This document shows positions 1 through 9,009 of a stretch of 36,538 nucleotides of DNA, piece by piece. Position 1 is the first letter of the stretch. Every line of letters begins with the position of its first letter. A program made the translations under genes and the position numbers. The DNA comes from a virus. Under the pieces are notes generated by a model. The model had not been told where the DNA came from. It worked only from the letters and a program-made list of their open reading frames with translations, and made no database searches. Location of the stretch: the UHGV virus genome UHGV-0210818; one strand, written 5' to 3'.

Positions 1-264
1 ATGAAATACAAAGCGTTAAGAAATGTGATGCACGCAAAAGAAGTCACGCAGAAGGAGCTTGCTAAGGTTATCGGCGTTGCTCCCAGCACCATGAGCTTCA
101 AGATGAACGTCAAGGAAGGTTCTGAGTTTACGGTGGCTGAAATGTACAAGATACTTGATTATCTTGATCTGCCTGATAATGCACTGCACGTTATGTTCCC
201 GAGAGATGGAGAGCGGAGCAGGGAAGCTGTCAGGAGCATGACAGCTATAAAAATGGTTAAGTGA
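1..264 (+). CDS. XRE/Cro-like HTH regulator
   Basis: TQKELAKVIGVAPSTMSFKMN HTH pattern; its RBS is at the window end. Confidence 0.85.
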   Translation: MKYKALRNVMHAKEVTQKELAKVIGVAPSTMSFKMNVKEGSEFTVAEMYKILDYLDLPDNALHVMFPRDGERSREAVRSMTAIKMVK

Positions 265-276
265 GGAGGCAGCCAC

Positions 277-465
277 ATGAAGAACTACATAATCACCACC
301 CGCACCGAAAGCGTCTGGGGCGAGCTGTGGAACGACACGTTTAAGGTCAGAGTCAAAAATTCAGGAGCCGCTGTCGCAAAGGCTCGGGCGATAATCTTCG
401 GACGGCTTGACGGTGATCTTAGTGGGATAAGAGAGATCGCGATTACCAAGGTGAGTGAGGTGTAA
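277..465 (+). CDS. Hypothetical protein
   Basis: GAGGAGG RBS; tightly packed in the early operon. Confidence 0.7.
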   Translation: MKNYIITTRTESVWGELWNDTFKVRVKNSGAAVAKARAIIFGRLDGDLSGIREIAITKVSEV

Positions 466-657
466 ATGATGGCTGAGCTAGTTTACTATTTTTTGAGCGG
501 ACTTGTCCTGGCGATATTGATAGCAATCAACATCCGCAGTCACGGTGCTTACGTCTCGATCATGGTGATCTATGCAGGACTGTGGGTCGGTGTGGAGCTC
601 GTCTACGGAATAATCTGCGATATCGTTGAGATGGCCCGCAATAAAAAGGAGCGGTAG
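466..657 (+). CDS. Small membrane protein with two predicted TM segments
   Basis: Two hydrophobic stretches, basic C-terminus, GAGGTG RBS. Confidence 0.7.
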   Translation: MMAELVYYFLSGLVLAILIAINIRSHGAYVSIMVIYAGLWVGVELVYGIICDIVEMARNKKER

Positions 658-660
658 CCG

Positions 661-1419
661 ATGTCTAAAAACTGTAAAGGCTGCATTTATCGGCGGTCCC
701 TGCGGAGCAATAACACAGGGCAAACAGTCTGCAACTACCTGCTTGACACGGGCGAGCTCAGGGGCTGCCCTGTCGATAATTGCGATAAAAAACTAACTGA
801 GGAGGATATTAAAATGGCAAACAAGAAGCTGACACCCGAGCAGAAAGCGGGCATGGTGCGCCTGAGATTTGAGGAGGGCATGACGGTCACTGCTATTGCG
901 GCTAAGTACGGGATCTGCAGATCGGCAGCGTATAACGTGCTCGACGAATACAAAAAGCATGGTTACACACTGCCGGAGAGCGAGCCTGAAATAGCTTATG
1001 CGACCGACGAGGAGACCGAAAGAGCCGTTGATGACGAGCCTTGCTACGAGGTCACAGGTGATACCGACATAGATGCTTACATGGCTGACAGGAAAGAAGA
1101 AGAGCCTGCTTCGGCGGCAACCGAAACAAGCTCAGAACAGGAATCTTGCAAAGACGATCCTGAAAATATTATACCGCAGGAAGCGGAGAATGTCAAGCGT
1201 GAAATACTGCCCGATGCGGTCGTAAGGGCGGTCGTTGATGCTATCGAAGATTTGAACAAGCGCATACCCCAAATAGAAGAACAGACCGAGGCGATGCTCA
1301 GAGCAAGAGGCAGATTATATACCGACCGTGCACAGATGCGCAGATATCTTATCGAGCATGGATATAGGGACGTGCTAATAGTACTGGAGGAGGATAACGA
1401 TGGACATAGAAAAACTTAA
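661..1419 (+). CDS. Cys-rich N-terminus plus HTH protein; second in-frame start at 814
   Basis: CKGC...CNY...CPVDNC, then GMTVTAIAAKYGICRSAAYNVL (HTH). GAGGAGG precedes ATG 814. Confidence 0.75.
   Translation: MSKNCKGCIYRRSLRSNNTGQTVCNYLLDTGELRGCPVDNCDKKLTEEDIKMANKKLTPEQKAGMVRLRFEEGMTVTAIAAKYGICRSAAYNVLDEYKKHGYTLPESEPEIAYATDEETERAVDDEPCYEVTGDTDIDAYMADRKEEEPASAATETSSEQESCKDDPENIIPQEAENVKREILPDAVVRAVVDAIEDLNKRIPQIEEQTEAMLRARGRLYTDRAQMRRYLIEHGYRDVLIVLEEDNDGHRKT
1092..1133 (-). terminator. Intrinsic terminator for the antisense transcript
   Basis: Hairpin GAGCcTGcTTCGG-cggcaa-CCGAAaCAaGCTC (1102-1133), followed on the minus strand by TTCTTCTTT. Confidence 0.6.
1168..1196 (-). promoter_or_regulatory. 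Antisense sigma-A promoter TTGACA-N17-TATAAT inside a CDS
   Basis: Plus strand ATTATA 1168-1173 and TGTCAA 1191-1196, 17-nt spacer. Confidence 0.75.
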
Positions 1420-2461
1420 TCTCAGCGTGAGGACATATAACGCTTTCAAGCGTGCTGGCATCAACACCGTTGAGGACTATATTAATAATCCCGATAAGGA
1501 CAAGCTTAACGATGTCGTTGGCAGCAAGGCGGTAAACGAGTTCCTTGCGGCATCGGGGAATATGCTCCCTGTTCCGCAGGGATCTGCGGAGGAGATCGCC
1601 GAGACATTTAACTATGCTGTTCTTTCCGCTGAGATGGGCGACTATCTCCGCCGAAAAGAGGAACAGCTGAAGAACGAGTACATGAGCTTCACGGCAAACT
1701 GCGGAAGAATATTTGCAGAAGCGCAGGAGAAGCTTGCCGGCAGTAATCAGTATAACGGCTTGTTTGAAAAATGGATCACAGCTATGGGGTTTGCTAAAAG
1801 AAGCGTATACCGAATGATTCAGATATATGAATACCGCTCGTGCCAAATTGGCACGAGCGAGGGAAAGCGGTTTTTCGATGCTCTCCCGAAAACATTGCAG
1901 GCTGATATATCCGCTCCCTCCGCCCCCGCCGAGCTCGTTGAACAGGTCATGAGCGGCGACATCACGACCCACAAGGAATATATCGAACTGAAAAAGCAGC
2001 TGGAATCACAGAAACAGAGCTATAAAAAAGTGCTGGAAGAAAATCAGGAGCTGCGCAGGGACAGGGTGAACGCCATGAACATGGCGGAAAGAAAAGAAAT
2101 GCAGGTAGCTGACCTTGAAAAGCAGGTCAGGGAGCTGGAGAGCCGACCTCGTGATGTTGCGGTGCAGAGTGATCCCAAAGACGCGGAACGCATAGCAGCA
2201 CTTGAAAAAGAGATCGAGGAGCTCCGTTCACAGCCCACTGATTTTGATTTCGGAGAAACCGAAGCTCCCGGAACACTTGATGATGATCAGCTGTCGGAGC
2301 TGTATGAAACGCTGCATGGCAAGGTGCAGAGTGCACTGAAGGACTGCAAGGCATTTATCGGCATAAGAAATCTGCCGCAGGCGGTCAGAGACAGAGCACT
2401 TGACCGTTTTAAAACACTTGAAGATCTTATCAGATGGCACATAGAAGAAATGGAGGAATAA
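1400..2461 (+). CDS. Protein with RNA polymerase alpha-CTD-like N-terminus, DUF3102-like middle and coiled coil
   Basis: [24 protein letters not shown] matches the RpoA CTD consensus; G..F.EAQEKL...GLFEKWI...GF is a phage domain pattern. Confidence 0.75.
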   Translation: [353 protein letters not shown]

Positions 2462-2463
2462 AA

Positions 2464-3054
2464 ATGGCAGCTTTATATGAAATGACCAATGATTTTGCGG
2501 AACTGTTTGAACAGTATGACGCTATCACGGAATGCGAATTTGAATCCGACGGCAAGGGCGGATATGTGGACGATGACGGTAATCCCGTTGATCCTGAAGC
2601 ATATCGCAAGGAAATGCAGGAGGCATGGTTTGATACTCTTGACGGCATGGAGCAGGCACTTGTGGAAAAGGCTGAAAATGTGGCTGTATACATAAAGTCT
2701 CTTGAATCCGAAGCGAAGCAGCTCAAAGCCGAAGAGGATCGTCTGAAAGCACGCAGACAGTCGAAAGAGAACTCCGCAAAGAACATGAGAAGCTATCTGA
2801 TGCGCTGCATGGAGACGGCAAAAATCGCAAAGATAGACAAGCCAAAGGCTGTAATTTCTGTAAAAGACAGCCCTGAATCCGTTGAAATATCGGATAGCGG
2901 CGAGTTTATCAAGTGGGCGGAAAGCGGACATGATGATTATCTCAGATACAAGGGTCCCGAAGTAAACAAGCCTGCTGTCAAGGCGGCTCTTAAGGCGGGC
3001 GAGAATATACCGTTCGCGGTGCTCGCCCGTTCCAGGTCGCTGACAATAAAGTGA
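2464..3054 (+). CDS. Siphovirus Gp157 family protein
   Basis: M..LYE start, KAENVAVYIKSLESEAKQLKAEEDRL, C-terminal SLTIK; GGAGG RBS before ATG 2464. Confidence 0.85.
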   Translation: MAALYEMTNDFAELFEQYDAITECEFESDGKGGYVDDDGNPVDPEAYRKEMQEAWFDTLDGMEQALVEKAENVAVYIKSLESEAKQLKAEEDRLKARRQSKENSAKNMRSYLMRCMETAKIAKIDKPKAVISVKDSPESVEISDSGEFIKWAESGHDDYLRYKGPEVNKPAVKAALKAGENIPFAVLARSRSLTIK

Positions 3055-3055
3055 G

Positions 3056-3667
3056 GTGCGGACAATGGGAATACCTGTTCTTATCCTCGGAGAGAGCGGC
3101 AGCGGCAAATCGACCTCGATGAGAAATTTTGATCCCGATGAGGTCGGAGTTTTCAACGTTGCTTCCAAGCCGCTTCCCTTCCGCAAAAGGTTAAAAAAGG
3201 CCGATGGTGCGGGATATGCAACGATCATATCGGCGCTCAGAAATCCGTCGCTGAAAACATATGTAATTGACGACAGTCAATATCTGCTGTGCTTTGAGAT
3301 GTTCGCAAAAGCAAAGGAAACGGGCTATAACAAGTTCACCGATATGGCACTGAATTTCTATAATCTGATCCAGTTTATCATCAAAAGCACACCGCCCGAT
3401 GTTATCGTATATTTTCTGCATCACACGGAAACGGTCGATGGCAGAGTAAAGGCGAAAACGATCGGCAAAATGCTCGACGAAAAGCTTACCGTCGAAGGGC
3501 TGTTTTCCATAGTTCTGATATGTCAGACCGACGGCATGTCTCACAGCTTCGTCACTCAGAGCGACGGCAGCACAACGGCGAAATCGCCGATGGAAATGTT
3601 CCCGCTTACTATCGACAATGACCTTAAGCATGTCGATGAAGAAATAAGAAAATATTATGAGCTTTAA
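3056..3667 (+). CDS. AAA_24 / Sak4-like recombination ATPase (start may be ATG 3065)
   Basis: Walker A GESGSGKS, Walker B VIDD; lies between Gp157 and the SSB-like gene. Confidence 0.85.
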   Translation: MRTMGIPVLILGESGSGKSTSMRNFDPDEVGVFNVASKPLPFRKRLKKADGAGYATIISALRNPSLKTYVIDDSQYLLCFEMFAKAKETGYNKFTDMALNFYNLIQFIIKSTPPDVIVYFLHHTETVDGRVKAKTIGKMLDEKLTVEGLFSIVLICQTDGMSHSFVTQSDGSTTAKSPMEMFPLTIDNDLKHVDEEIRKYYEL

Positions 3668-3682
3668 CAGGAGGAAAAAATC

Positions 3683-4282
3683 ATGAACAAACCACAGGAT
3701 TTCGACACCGCAAAGGAATTCGCATCGTTCACCCCGCTTGACCCGGGCGGGTACATCTGCAAGATCGTGCAGGTGCAGGAAACCACATCTAAAAACGGCA
3801 ATCCGATGTTAAAGATCGGGCTGGACATTGCTGAGGGGCCGCATAAGGGCTTTTACACAGAGATGTTCAAAAACGACACAAGGCCGGACAAAAAGTGGGG
3901 CTGTGTTGTCAATCAGCTTGTATATGACAGCAACGGCGGCAACACCACAAACAGAGGCTTCAAAACGTTTATTACCTGTGTAGAAAAATCAAATCCCAAC
4001 TTTAAGACTGCGTGGGGCGACAAGTTCTGCGACTGCTTTAAGGGCAAGATTATCGGCGGCGCATTCGGACGTGAGCAGTATCTCGGCGATGACGGTAAGC
4101 TTCATTGGTCTACAAAATGCAGATGGTTCAGAAGCGTTGATGAGATAAGGGCAGGCATTCCCATTCCAGATGACAAGCTTTATGAGGGCAGTATGCCGCA
4201 GAGTGCGGCTGTCGGCACGCCCCCTGCATTTGACCCTAATGATTACGAAGAAGTAGTCTCCGACAGCAGCTTGCCGTTTTAA
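3683..4282 (+). CDS. Phage single-stranded DNA-binding-like protein (DUF669-like)
   Basis: PGGY.CKI..V.E.TSKNGNPML motif; acidic tail ending in LPF. Confidence 0.75.
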   Translation: MNKPQDFDTAKEFASFTPLDPGGYICKIVQVQETTSKNGNPMLKIGLDIAEGPHKGFYTEMFKNDTRPDKKWGCVVNQLVYDSNGGNTTNRGFKTFITCVEKSNPNFKTAWGDKFCDCFKGKIIGGAFGREQYLGDDGKLHWSTKCRWFRSVDEIRAGIPIPDDKLYEGSMPQSAAVGTPPAFDPNDYEEVVSDSSLPF

Positions 4283-4285
4283 GCC

Positions 4286-5605
4286 ATGGAACTGAGGGAT
4301 TATCAGATCAAAGCTATCTCAGATGTACGCAAGGCATGGGCGGCAGGTTATCACCGCCCTTGCGTTGTTATGCCGTGCGGTGCGGGAAAGTCAATCACAG
4401 TCGCCGAAATCGCAAAGCGGACGACCGAAAAAGGCAACAGAGTGCAGTTTCTTGTGCATCGTCAGGAACTTTGTGAACAGATATGGAACACTTTCAGCAG
4501 TTACGGTGTCGACATGACGCTTTGCGACATAGGCATGGTGCAGACGATATGCAGGCGGACAAGCCGTATGCTCCCTCCGTCGCTTATCATTACCGACGAA
4601 AATCATCACTGCCTTGCCCCGTCGTACCGCAAGATATACGAGGCATTTCCGAATGCATATTGCGTAGGCGTTACTGCAACGCCTGTACGCCTTAACGGCG
4701 GCGGCCTCGGAGAGGTAAACGACTGTCTTATCATGGGACCGACCGTAAAGGAGCTTATCGCCCGAAATTGCCTTGCTCCGTTTGATTATTATGCGCCGCC
4801 CGTCGCTGACCTGTCGGGACTTAAAGTCAAGCGCACGGGAGATTATGACCCAAAAGACATTGAGATGGCTTTGAACAAGCCAAAGATATACGGAGATGTC
4901 ATATCGTATTACAAGCAGCTTGCGGACGGTATCAAGGCGGTGTGCTACTGCGCAACGATCACATCGTCACAGGCTATGGCGGCAGAGTTTACGGCAAGCG
5001 GCGTGCCTGCGGCGCATATCGACGGTGAGACACCGCCGAAGCTCAGAGCAGAGATCATTGCGAAATTCCGCAGCGGAGAGATAACGATACTTTGCAATGT
5101 TGATCTTATCTCCGAGGGATTTGACGTGCCTGACTGCGGCTGCGCTATCCTGCTTCGCCCGACTAAATCGCTGACGCTGTACATACAGCAGGCAATGCGA
5201 TGCATGAGGTATCAGCCGGGTAAACGGGCGATAATAATCGATCATGTCGGCAATGTACACCGCTTCGGGCTGCCGGATCAGGACTTTGAGTGGTCGCTTG
5301 ATCCTGCGCCCGCGAAGAAAAAGCAGGAGAAAACCGACGAGGAGCTTAAAATACGTCAATGTCCCGAATGCTTTGCCACACACGCATGGTCGGCTGTCTG
5401 CCCGATATGCGGATATACATATCCGATAAACACGAGGGTCATTGAAGAAACAAAGGAAGCCCGCCTTGAACGTATCACGGAGACTGTCAAGCATTACAGC
5501 AAGCCTGCCGAATGCAGGAGCCGTGAGGAGCTGTCCGCTTACGGAAAGCTCAAAGGATATAAGCGGGGCTGGGTGTATTATGCAGCTAAGGAATTGAGAT
5601 TGTAA
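4286..5605 (+). CDS. SF2 DEAD/DEAH-box helicase with C-terminal Zn ribbon
   Basis: LRDYQ, PCGAGKS, DENH, TAT, SEGFDVP, QQAMRCMR, CPEC..CPIC. Confidence 0.93.
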   Translation: MELRDYQIKAISDVRKAWAAGYHRPCVVMPCGAGKSITVAEIAKRTTEKGNRVQFLVHRQELCEQIWNTFSSYGVDMTLCDIGMVQTICRRTSRMLPPSLIITDENHHCLAPSYRKIYEAFPNAYCVGVTATPVRLNGGGLGEVNDCLIMGPTVKELIARNCLAPFDYYAPPVADLSGLKVKRTGDYDPKDIEMALNKPKIYGDVISYYKQLADGIKAVCYCATITSSQAMAAEFTASGVPAAHIDGETPPKLRAEIIAKFRSGEITILCNVDLISEGFDVPDCGCAILLRPTKSLTLYIQQAMRCMRYQPGKRAIIIDHVGNVHRFGLPDQDFEWSLDPAPAKKKQEKTDEELKIRQCPECFATHAWSAVCPICGYTYPINTRVIEETKEARLERITETVKHYSKPAECRSREELSAYGKLKGYKRGWVYYAAKELRL

Positions 5606-5620
5606 GGAGGATAGAACAGT

Positions 5621-5920
5621 ATGTTAACGCCGGATCCATCACAGTACATTCATTACAGAGCACAGGACGCAATAGCAAATCTTTCGGATCAACTTGTAGG
5701 ATATTCAGAAGAAATTGCATCCACTGTTAACGAAATCGCAGATCGATATGAAGTTAGTAAGGAATTCGCACTCCTTATTGTACAAACAGCGATAGAAGAT
5801 ATGAAGGTAGATGTTGGACATCACAAGAATTATCAGCTTGATCTTATAACCGACGAAATGCATTTCGCTGTTGAGCGCATAGACGAACTCACAGAAGCAC
5901 TGACAGAGGGACATATATGA
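5621..5920 (+). CDS. Hypothetical acidic protein, visibly AT-richer than its neighbours
   Basis: AGGAGG RBS; ATGA overlap with the next gene. Confidence 0.7.
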   Translation: MLTPDPSQYIHYRAQDAIANLSDQLVGYSEEIASTVNEIADRYEVSKEFALLIVQTAIEDMKVDVGHHKNYQLDLITDEMHFAVERIDELTEALTEGHI

Positions 5921-6246
5921 CCGAAGAACACAACATTCAGAACCAAATACGAGCCGCCCTGTCCCCATATGCCGTGATATTCCGTGCGAATGTCGGCACG
6001 GCATATACGGCAGACGGGCGATATTTCACGACGGGACTTCCGAAAGGCTTCTCCGATCTGTTCGGATTCCGCAGATTTGATGGGAGGGCGATATTTATTG
6101 AGGTCAAAACGCCGAAGGGACGGGTACGTCCGGAACAGCAGAAATTTATTGAGGCCATGCAGTCATTCGGTGCGATCGCAGGCGTTTGCCGCAGCGTTGA
6201 TGATGCGTTAAAATTGATCGGAGGTGATAACGATGGATCTAAATGA
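5917..6246 (+). CDS. VRR-NUC domain nuclease
   Basis: EHNIQ..I, GFSDLFG, FIEVK, Q..F motifs. Confidence 0.9.
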   Translation: MTEEHNIQNQIRAALSPYAVIFRANVGTAYTADGRYFTTGLPKGFSDLFGFRRFDGRAIFIEVKTPKGRVRPEQQKFIEAMQSFGAIAGVCRSVDDALKLIGGDNDGSK

Positions 6247-8512
6247 GATACTCAGCCATTTTGACGGAGTAAAAAAAGAGGGCGGCAGTCAGTATAGAGC
6301 GAACTGCCCGGCCTGCGGAGACAGGAAGAAGCATCTGTACATAGCTGCCGCTCCCGATGGCAAGATACTGCTTGACTGCAAAAAAGGCTGTGATTTCAAG
6401 GATATTGTAGAGGCAGCGCATCTGTCAATGGCCGACTGCTTTGCAAATCCCGTAAAGCCTGCGCCATGGGTGCTGCTGCGTGAGCACGTTTACACGTCGG
6501 CAAACGGTGATGTTGTCGGAAAAAAGCAGATATATGACACCGGAGACGGCAAAAAGACGGGCGTATGGTACAGGCTCGAAAAAGGCAAATACATAAAGGG
6601 TCTGAGCGGCGTAAAAATGCCGCTCTATCATCTTGACAAGCTTGTGACATCTCACTCGACCGTGATAGTTGTTGAGGGCGAAAAGGACGTTGAAACAGCT
6701 GAGCGCATGGGATTTACGGCAACAACGTCCCCGAACGGTGCAGGCAGCAAATGGCGGCAGGATTTCGCAGAATTTTTTCGTGGGAGACCCGTTGTAATAA
6801 TCGCCGACAATGATGATGTCGGTCAGAAATACGCTGCCGATGTTGCGGAGCTGCTCTGCAAGACAGCGTCAAAGGTCAGGCTGATACCTTCCGCGGATAT
6901 TTATCCGCAAGTCAAGCCAAAGGGAGACATCTCCGATATTGCCGCCGAGCTTGGCGATGAAAAGACACGGGAGCTGCTGAAGGACGCTGTAAAAAATGCA
7001 GAGGATTTTAAGCACAATACAGCCGTAAAGCCTGCCGAGCCTGTCATAATGCCGAAGGATCCGTCGGCAACGATACTCGACCGTCTGAAGCTCCTCAAGC
7101 CTGATGTGAATTATGCATATAACGACAGGGGCAACGGCGAGCTGTTTGCCGATGTTTTCGGCGATAAGGCAAGATACAATGTCACGGCGAAGGAATGGTA
7201 TGTGTACCGTGATGGCTGCTGGCAGGAGGACACGGGAGCGATGCAGGTCAGCAAATACGCCAAGGAGCTTTACGACAACTTAAAAATATATGCGGCACCT
7301 ATCCCCGGCGAATACTCGTCGCACGTCTGCAAGCTCGGACGGCTCAGCACGAGGGAAAACATGATAAAGGATGCCCGTGACTGCAAGTTTATCCGCTCCG
7401 AGGATTTTGACCGCAATATATGGCTGTTCAATTGTAAAAACGGTACATATGACCTTAAGCGTGGATATTTTCGCAAGCATCTTCCCGATGATCTTATCTC
7501 AAAGATGTCAAATGTCGTTTACGATGAAGATGCGGATTCGCCTGACTTTGAAAAATTTCTGAAAGACATCATGTGCAATGACGAGGAAAAGGAACAGTTC
7601 CTTCTTTCCGCTCTCGGCTATGCTCTGAGCGGCGACACATCGCAGGAATGCATGTTTATCCTCTACGGCTCGACCACACGAAACGGAAAAGGAACGCTGA
7701 TGGAAACTATCGGTTACATGATGGGCGGCGAAAACGGTTATTCAATGACATCGAATCCCGAAACGCTTGCCCGGAAGCAGAACAAGGACAGCCGCCAGGC
7801 TTCGGGAGATATCGCCCGTCTGCGGGGAGCGAGATTTCTCAATGTTTCCGAGCCTGACAAAAGCATGATATTTGATACTGCACTTATCAAAACGCTTACG
7901 GGACGTGACACGATCACAGCGAGACATCTGCATCAGCGGGAGTTTCAGTTTGTTCCGAATTTCAAGCTTTTTATCAACACCAACTATCTCCCGCACGTTA
8001 CCGATGATACCGTGTTTTCTTCGGAGCGTATCAATGTTGTGACATTTGACAGGCATTTTACGCCGCAGGAACAGGACAAAAGTCTTAAAGACCGCCTGAA
8101 AACACAGGAAAATATTTCGGGCATCTTCAACATCTGTCTGCGGGGGCTGCGTGATTATCTCGAAAACGGATTAAAACGTCCCGTATCTGTTATTACGGCA
8201 ACGGAGGAATACCGCCGTCAGAGCGACAGACAGGGTATGTTTATCTCCGAGTGTCTCGAACCCGATCCTGATGGGGCGGTGAAGGCGAAGGAGGCGTATG
8301 AGGTGTATATGCGATGGTGCAATGACAATAACTATCACCCCGAAAACAAGTCGAACTTTATGGCGGGATTGAGGGGTAAAAGCTTGCTGACGGAACAGAA
8401 GAAGATCAATGGTGTGCCTTTTCACAATGTCCTGAGCGGTTTTAAAATAGCCGAGGAATACAGGTACAACAGCAATGATGCGGGTACATGGGAGGAGCAA
8501 ATACCACTCTAA
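6233..8512 (+). CDS. Primase-helicase (Zn-binding + TOPRIM + D5_N + SF3/P4-family helicase)
   Basis: CPAC..C..GC, VEGEKD, DND, GSTTRNGKGT, IKTLTGRDTITARHLH; GGAGGTG RBS before ATG 6233. Confidence 0.92.
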   Translation: MDLNEILSHFDGVKKEGGSQYRANCPACGDRKKHLYIAAAPDGKILLDCKKGCDFKDIVEAAHLSMADCFANPVKPAPWVLLREHVYTSANGDVVGKKQIYDTGDGKKTGVWYRLEKGKYIKGLSGVKMPLYHLDKLVTSHSTVIVVEGEKDVETAERMGFTATTSPNGAGSKWRQDFAEFFRGRPVVIIADNDDVGQKYAADVAELLCKTASKVRLIPSADIYPQVKPKGDISDIAAELGDEKTRELLKDAVKNAEDFKHNTAVKPAEPVIMPKDPSATILDRLKLLKPDVNYAYNDRGNGELFADVFGDKARYNVTAKEWYVYRDGCWQEDTGAMQVSKYAKELYDNLKIYAAPIPGEYSSHVCKLGRLSTRENMIKDARDCKFIRSEDFDRNIWLFNCKNGTYDLKRGYFRKHLPDDLISKMSNVVYDEDADSPDFEKFLKDIMCNDEEKEQFLLSALGYALSGDTSQECMFILYGSTTRNGKGTLMETIGYMMGGENGYSMTSNPETLARKQNKDSRQASGDIARLRGARFLNVSEPDKSMIFDTALIKTLTGRDTITARHLHQREFQFVPNFKLFINTNYLPHVTDDTVFSSERINVVTFDRHFTPQEQDKSLKDRLKTQENISGIFNICLRGLRDYLENGLKRPVSVITATEEYRRQSDRQGMFISECLEPDPDGAVKAKEAYEVYMRWCNDNNYHPENKSNFMAGLRGKSLLTEQKKINGVPFHNVLSGFKIAEEYRYNSNDAGTWEEQIPL

Positions 8513-8521
8513 AAGACAGGC

Positions 8522-8604
8522 GGTAGCAAAAGTAGCAAAAATTATGTAAAGTATTTTGAAATCACTATATAGAAATTTACATTAAAAATGCTACTTTTGC
8601 TACC
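8522..8604. repeat. 16-bp perfect inverted repeat around an AT-rich core; candidate replication origin
   Basis: GGTAGCAAAAGTAGCA 8522-8537 / TGCTACTTTTGCTACC 8589-8604, with nested ATGTAAA/TTTACAT; directly after the primase-helicase. Confidence 0.7.
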
Positions 8605-8637
8605 TTGAATAATTCAAGAAAGAAGTGATAACAAAAT

Positions 8638-9009
8638 ATGACCGTTGAAGACATTGAAAGAGCCGCTATGCAGGGCATAAAGCCGCATTATCTGACGGTG
8701 CCGCAGAAGTATCTTTACAGGGAATTAAAGTGCCTGCATATTCTGTATCGCATGGGACGGCTGACGAGGGACGAAGCGAGCGCCGAAAAGAAGGACATAC
8801 TTGCCGACTTTTATGCGCTGGAAGAGCGATGGTCGGTGCTGTCGGAGTATCAGGACAATATCCGCATGGCGGGTACGCTCCGATCGGAGATCGATAAGTC
8901 GGATAATGCGGCGGACAAGCTCAAGCTTGCACTGGAATGTATTGAGTGCATGACGGGTGAGGTTGGGTTTGCTAAGAGAAATTTGGAAGGAGTAGAAAAT
9001 GATGACTGA
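8638..9009 (+). CDS. Hypothetical phage protein
   Basis: 123-aa ORF in the operon, overlapping the next start. Confidence 0.75.
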   Translation: MTVEDIERAAMQGIKPHYLTVPQKYLYRELKCLHILYRMGRLTRDEASAEKKDILADFYALEERWSVLSEYQDNIRMAGTLRSEIDKSDNAADKLKLALECIECMTGEVGFAKRNLEGVENDD

